This document shows, one piece after another, positions 57,121-64,000 of a DNA stretch of 64,000 nt. The DNA lies in assembly GCF_009914755.1 (NCBI RefSeq), contig NC_060926.1. One strand, given 5' to 3'. Each line of letters begins with the position of its first letter. The first letter of the stretch is position 1. The notes beneath the pieces were generated by a model. It did not search any database and was not told where the DNA came from. It saw only the letters and a program-made list of their open reading frames with translations. A program made the position numbers and the translations under genes. The stretch comes from the human T2T-CHM13v2.0 reference genome, Homo sapiens.

Positions 57121-57511
57121 TCACAAGAGGAGATGGGGAGGGAAACACATCAAGACAAAGAGAGGTATAAAGAGACACCATCGCTGGAAACAGAGGCAGA
57201 AGCAGGGGAGATGGCAGAACAAAGAGGAAAGATGAGAAGTAAAATGAGAGTGAAAGAAAAAAATAGAATGAGGGTTGGGGTAAGAACAGTGTCAGTGGAT
57301 GGGCACAACTGCCTTCTGTGTGTCAATTTTATCAGCTTTTGGTTAAGAACTTGGAACAAACTGCAGGTGGCATGCATTCAAGGAACACCCCAGGGTCTTG
57401 AGTTAACTTAGCTTCCTGGGTCTTCCTAGTGCTCTCATTGTGGAATTTCCTGGTGCATGGACTCCTTGGTCACACCCTGAGACTCTTAATGGTTTTTGCT
57501 CCTTTGTGCAG

Positions 57512-57595
57512 TCATCAGCAGTGAGGACTCTGAAGGATCCACTGACGTTGATGAGCCCTTAGAAGTCTTCATCTCAGCACCGAGAAGTGAGCCTG
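57512..57595 (+). CDS. SP100: SP100 exon 10 (VISSEDSEGSTDVDEPLEVFISAPRSEP); completes SIM IIVI plus acidic tail
   Basis: acceptor cctttgtgcag|TC, donor CTG|gtaagg; 84 nt. Confidence 0.95.
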
Positions 57596-58484
57596 GTAAG
57601 GAAGTTTGGGAGAGCAAGGCTTGGGCTGTGGGAATCTGATTTAAGAGCTACTATTTCCTGAGGCATTTTATTCTGAGCTCATTCTGTACAATGGATCCAG
57701 TTTATCCTGGGATCCCATTCTTTGCATTAATTTTACTTGACCTTTTTGGAAAATGCAGGGAGACAAGAAATTGTTATAAACTTATTTTTGAGAATTAGCC
57801 TTCTTTCTTGATGGATTCTATTAATCAATATTCATACCCATACATTGATTATATAGTAGGAATAGGCTAGCCAAGTGATGAGTTTGTTTTTAAAACTAAC
57901 TAGTTGCTATGCCTATATAGTGTTAGATTTATATAGTGATTTTTATAGAGAACAGAAAACTAAATATTCCTTTATGGGAAGATGTTATTGTCATCTGATC
58001 ACAAACTTTGAATAGGGTCAAAAGACATCTCATCCAACTATCTGGTGTTGGCAAAAACAAACACCTGAGATAAAGTATTCTGAAACTTGAAGTATTGTTT
58101 CTGATAGAGTTCTTCAGCAAGTCATGGCACATTTAGTGATTTTTTGAAAGACTTTTGCAAATTGTCTTATTTTTAAATTTACAATAACCTTAAAGGGGTA
58201 AACAGAAGAGAGATTCTCGTCCTTGTTTCCTAGATGAGAGAACACAATTGCATAAATGTTTCAAAGTCATCTCCAAAATCTCATGGTAAATTAAAGGAAA
58301 GACAAGACTAGCATCCTGGATTCTGAGTTACTTCCTTTGTGAAATGAAAGAGAGAAACATTATTAAAATCTTGTATTATCTCAATCCTATTTGCAGCATG
58401 AGTTGTCATAAGATTTATAACATAAATACTTATCATAACATAAGTATGCAAATTGGTTGATTTGTTTTGCCCTTTACTTTCTAG

Positions 58485-58538
58485 ATCCAGAGGATATTAG
58501 AAATATGCCACTTTAGGGAAAATACACTAGGGAAAGAC
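58485..58538 (+). pseudogene. Fossil (pseudo)exon paralogous to SP100 exon 12
   Basis: Same 54-nt length; acceptor cctttactttctag resembles exon-12 cttttactttacag; donor reads CTAAGAG where exon 12 has GTAAGAG; in-frame TAG; downstream intron homologous to that of exon 12. Confidence 0.7.
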
Positions 58539-59143
58539 CTAAGAGCAAAGAAGAACCTCATCTTGATGTTATAAAATAACAATGTAATAATACATTCATT
58601 CTAATTGCTCACTGTATCTTTCAAAGTAAAATGTAAATTTGCATTAGTTTTTAGACAATATGTACTCTAACTTTGAACTTAGTGTAAGCAATCTGCTGTA
58701 AAAAATAGTCCCAAAATATGTCTTTGGCTCAAATACATGAGGAGATTATTTCTCAGCCTTGTAAACAATTCAGCAAGGCACTGGGTTGGTGGGAGGTAGA
58801 AAAAGCTCACGAATTTAACAGAAGATCTTCAAGGTCCCCCTGCATGAAAAATAGAAGCAGAAACAAAGGAAATGTGGAATGGCAAGCAGAAGGGATAAGA
58901 AGTAAAAGAAGCGTGGGAAAGCAAAGGCCAAGCAAGGCAAATATTCCCTCTGGGGACAAGAATGGAGTATCACTAACCCACAATGAAGGTTAGTTGAAAG
59001 GCAAGACAAGCATGGCCTGTGTACAGGCGAGGACTTGCACGGATTTTCAAGGTTTTCCAGGTTTTCTTATTAGGGAATTTCCTACTGAACTGATTCCTTG
59101 GTCACACACTGAGACCTCTAAAGAATCCCATTCTTTTGTGCAG

Positions 59144-59227
59144 TGATCAATAATGACAACCCTTTAGAATCAAATGATGAAAAGGAGGGCCAAGAAGCCA
59201 CTTGCTCACGACCCCAGATTGTACCAG
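59144..59227 (+). CDS. SP100: SP100 exon 11 (VINNDNPLESNDEKEGQEATCSRPQIVP)
   Basis: acceptor ttcttttgtgcag|TG, donor CAG|gtaaga; 84 nt. Confidence 0.95.
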
Positions 59228-59887
59228 GTAAGAATATTAGAGTTGCAACCCGAGACTGTAGAATATCCAGAGTACAAATCCAGAGCTCTGTTTTCTTGAT
59301 TAATTTCATTCTGAGTGGTCTCCTTATGCCTTGATTCCATAAATTCTAGAATATCACTTTCTACATTTAACCTCTCTGGCCCTGTTGAGAAATGGAAGAC
59401 ATTAGGAAGGTGTTATAAACTCTTGTTTAACTGGATTGGTTCAATCGATTGATACATTGAAAATGTAGCAAAAATATGCTAGTAAAATAACAGTCTTTTT
59501 AACAACAAACTATCAAGAGTTATTATTTCAAGAGTTGAAATAATGTACTTATTCTCTACTACTACCCTTTATATTTGATAGAGCATGATAAGCACAGTCT
59601 TCCTTTGTTCATTGATAATTATTGTCTTAATCACAAGCTCAGAAAGTCTTCAAAGAATACTTTGTGCTGCTATTTAATTATTAATGGCAAAAAAAAAGTG
59701 ACTTCAACTACACCCAAACCCAAATTATAGTTCACTTATTGGCTTACATTGTGATTTTTCACAGGGCTTTTGAAAATGAACCTTCATTTCCCCATCACAA
59801 AAACCTTAACAGGGAGGTAGGGTAACTAGTTTATCCCTGCTTTATATGTGAGAAAATGGGAGCTAGTGGTGTTTAAGAGTCATTTAT

Positions 59888-60845
<958 letters not shown>

Positions 60846-60978
60846 GAGGCATTTCCAAATAATACACACAGAGGATTATGGAGAGAGCTGGGCAGGATCC
60901 CAACATTATGACCCTGAACCTCCAGAACTGGATTCACTAGAAGGAGAGAGAGAAAAACGCTCATCAAAACTTTGTTAT

Positions 60979-61311
<333 letters not shown>

Positions 61312-61377
61312 TCAGTTGTCATAGAATTTATAAGTCTCTTGCATACAAATAACGGGTTTCTCCCTTTTACTTTACAG

Positions 61378-61431
61378 AGCCCATGGATTTCAGAAAATTA
61401 TCTACATTCAGAGAAAGTTTTAAGAAAAGAG
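61378..61431 (+). CDS. SP100: SP100 exon 12 (EPMDFRKLSTFRESFKKR)
   Basis: acceptor cttttactttacag|AG, donor GAG|gtaaga; 54 nt. Confidence 0.94.
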
Positions 61432-62196
61432 GTAAGAGAAAGCTTTAGGAAAAGAGGTAAGAGAAAATAACTTCTCTTCATGGTTATAAATGAACAATAT
61501 TTTCTACAAAAGAGTCAGTCTAATTCCTTGCTATATCCTTCAAAGTAAAATATAAATTTGCTTTAAATTTCAATGGTTCCTATTTTAGCCTTTGTATTAG
61601 GGAGGTTGGCTAACTGCTATAACATATGAACCCAAAGAAGTCAATGACCCCAACACAACAGAAGGTTTTTTATTTTTTTAGTAGAAGTTTGTATTTTTTT
61701 CAACTGAATATTTCAAGGATTTTTAGATGAGGGAAAGGTTGGGCTCTGTTTCAAGCAGTTCTTCAGGGAAGCAGGCAAGTAGAAGATCTGCCTTCTCCCA
61801 TCCTAGACTTTCATGGTTGCCCTGAGAGAGAAGCAAATTTACAAATAAATACAAATCCATATACAAAAACCACAACAAAACCATAAAGGGACAAGTAAAG
61901 AAAGAAAGATAATGTGGTGTAAGAAGACAGAGGGCCAAGACAAAGCAGAGATGCCCACTGGGGCTAAAATTTTCTCAGCCTCAGGCTCAGGTGACAGTGA
62001 GGGATAAAATACTAACCTTGAGCCACACAAATCTGAATGAAAAGGCAGATCATGGAGGTTTGAGGCACGGACATTCTTGCCCTGAAGTTTCAGAGCATCA
62101 CAAATTTTCCTAGTTTCCTTTTCATAGAATATTATTCTGACTTGGTTCCCTTATCATACATTGAGAGCTCCAAAGGACATTTGCTCCTTTCTGCAG

Positions 62197-62292
62197 TGAT
62201 AGGACAAGACCACGACTTTTCAGAATCCAGTGAGGAGGAGGCGCCCGCAGAAGCCTCGAGCGGGGCACTGAGAAGCAAGCATGGTGAGAAGG
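62197..62292 (+). CDS. SP100: SP100 exon 13 (VIGQDHDFSESSEEEAPAEASSGALRSKHGEK)
   Basis: acceptor cctttctgcag|TG, donor AGG|gtaaga; 96 nt; inside ORF 62142..62561. Confidence 0.95.
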
Positions 62293-62509
62293 GTAAGAAC
62301 AGCTCCCTTGACTTCAGGGCTCTGACTTCAGAGCACCTCTTCCCTGATGCACTGTGCTCTGAGCACACACAACAGCTATCCAGGAGCCAGTTCTCTGCAT
62401 CTACCTCATCTGGCCATTTTGAAAAATGCAAAGAAAGAAGTCACTCTAAATTCAGGCTTAACAAGATGGTTGTGGTTGAGTGGCAGTGGCCTGTTTACTA
62501 CATACTGCC

Positions 62510-62854
62510 TGTATTAGTCCATTTTCATGTTGCTGATAAAGACATACCTGAGACTGGGTAATTTACAAAAGAAAGAGGTGTAATGGACTTACAGTTCCAC
62601 ATGGCTGGGGAGGCCTCACAATCATGGCAGAAGGTGAAAGGCACGTCTCACATGGTGGCAGACAAGAGAAGAGAGCTTCTGCTGGGAAACTCCCCCTTAT
62701 ATAACCATTCAGATCTTGTAAGACTTATTCACTATCACAAGAACAGCACAGGAAAGATCTCTCCCCATGATTCAATTACGTGCCACCAGGCCCCTCCCAC
62801 AACACATGGGAATTCAAGATGAGATTTGGGTGAGGACACAGCCAAACCATATCA
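62510..62854 (-). mobile_element. THE1 MaLR solo LTR
   Basis: tgtattagtcc...gccaaaccatatca; 5-bp TSD ctgcc. Confidence 0.9.
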
Positions 62855-63299
62855 CTGCCAGACCTATTAACTCCAAAGTATTGGATTTATGTAGTGATTT
62901 CTACTTCTGCTCATTCTCTGTTTTGTAAAGAAAAGAAAGTACACTAGTCTGTTATTGCCTGATTTTGTCACCAACTTGTTCAAAATTCCAAAGCTTCTGG
63001 TCATACTCTCTAGTTATTGACAGAAAGAAAGCCTCCTGTTTCTTACCATCAGATTCAATTCATAGCTTTTGACAGATGGCCCCCAACATGAAATTGGCCA
63101 AATAGTGATATTTGAAAATATATTTACAAATAAGATCTACTTGCATCTTTACAACAACCTAAAAGGTGGGTGAGATAACTATTGTTCCCCCCATTTGACA
63201 GATGGGGAAACTAAGGCACACTTAAGGATCTTTTTTCTTTGCACATCACATATGGAAAGTTATAGGAGGAGACAAGACTAACAACCCAAACTCTTAATA

Positions 63300-63960
<661 letters not shown>

Positions 63961-64000
63961 TGCTCCATTTGATAGTAATCTCTTTCCCTTAGATGGGAAG

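Noticed and set aside
58718-58993. 91-aa basic ORF in intron 10
   Set aside because: It aligns with the intronic part of the duplicated module (similar to about 61850-62050), has no convincing acceptor, and exons 10 and 11 join in frame without it.

Overview
Primate (almost certainly human; it carries an AluYb8) genomic DNA containing the promoter and first 13 coding exons of SP100, the interferon-inducible PML-nuclear-body protein, on the + strand. The ATG is at 11377 and exons 1-13 give 1291 coding nt (about 430 aa: HSR/CARD domain, D-box, K297 SUMO site, SIM); the gene continues past the window. The rest is mostly transposon-derived: ERVL pol fossil, MER51/MER21/MaLR LTRs, L1, Alu, MIR, L2 and Tigger/hAT MITEs, all assigned by eye from recalled consensus sequences. 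I found no evidence of a wholly new biological system. The most interesting unexplained structures are: (1) an ancient three-copy tandem exon-intron module (exons 10-13) that contains a dead 54-nt fossil exon at 58485-58538; (2) a CpG island preceded by two strong IRF/ISRE arrays about 4.3-5 kb upstream of SP100; (3) a tandemly duplicated exon-12 splice donor that would create a premature stop; (4) a young AluYb8 forming an inverted Alu pair around the SUMO exon; (5) two probable repair scars, a perfect 37-bp hairpin and a 33-bp templated insertion in a (TA)n tract.
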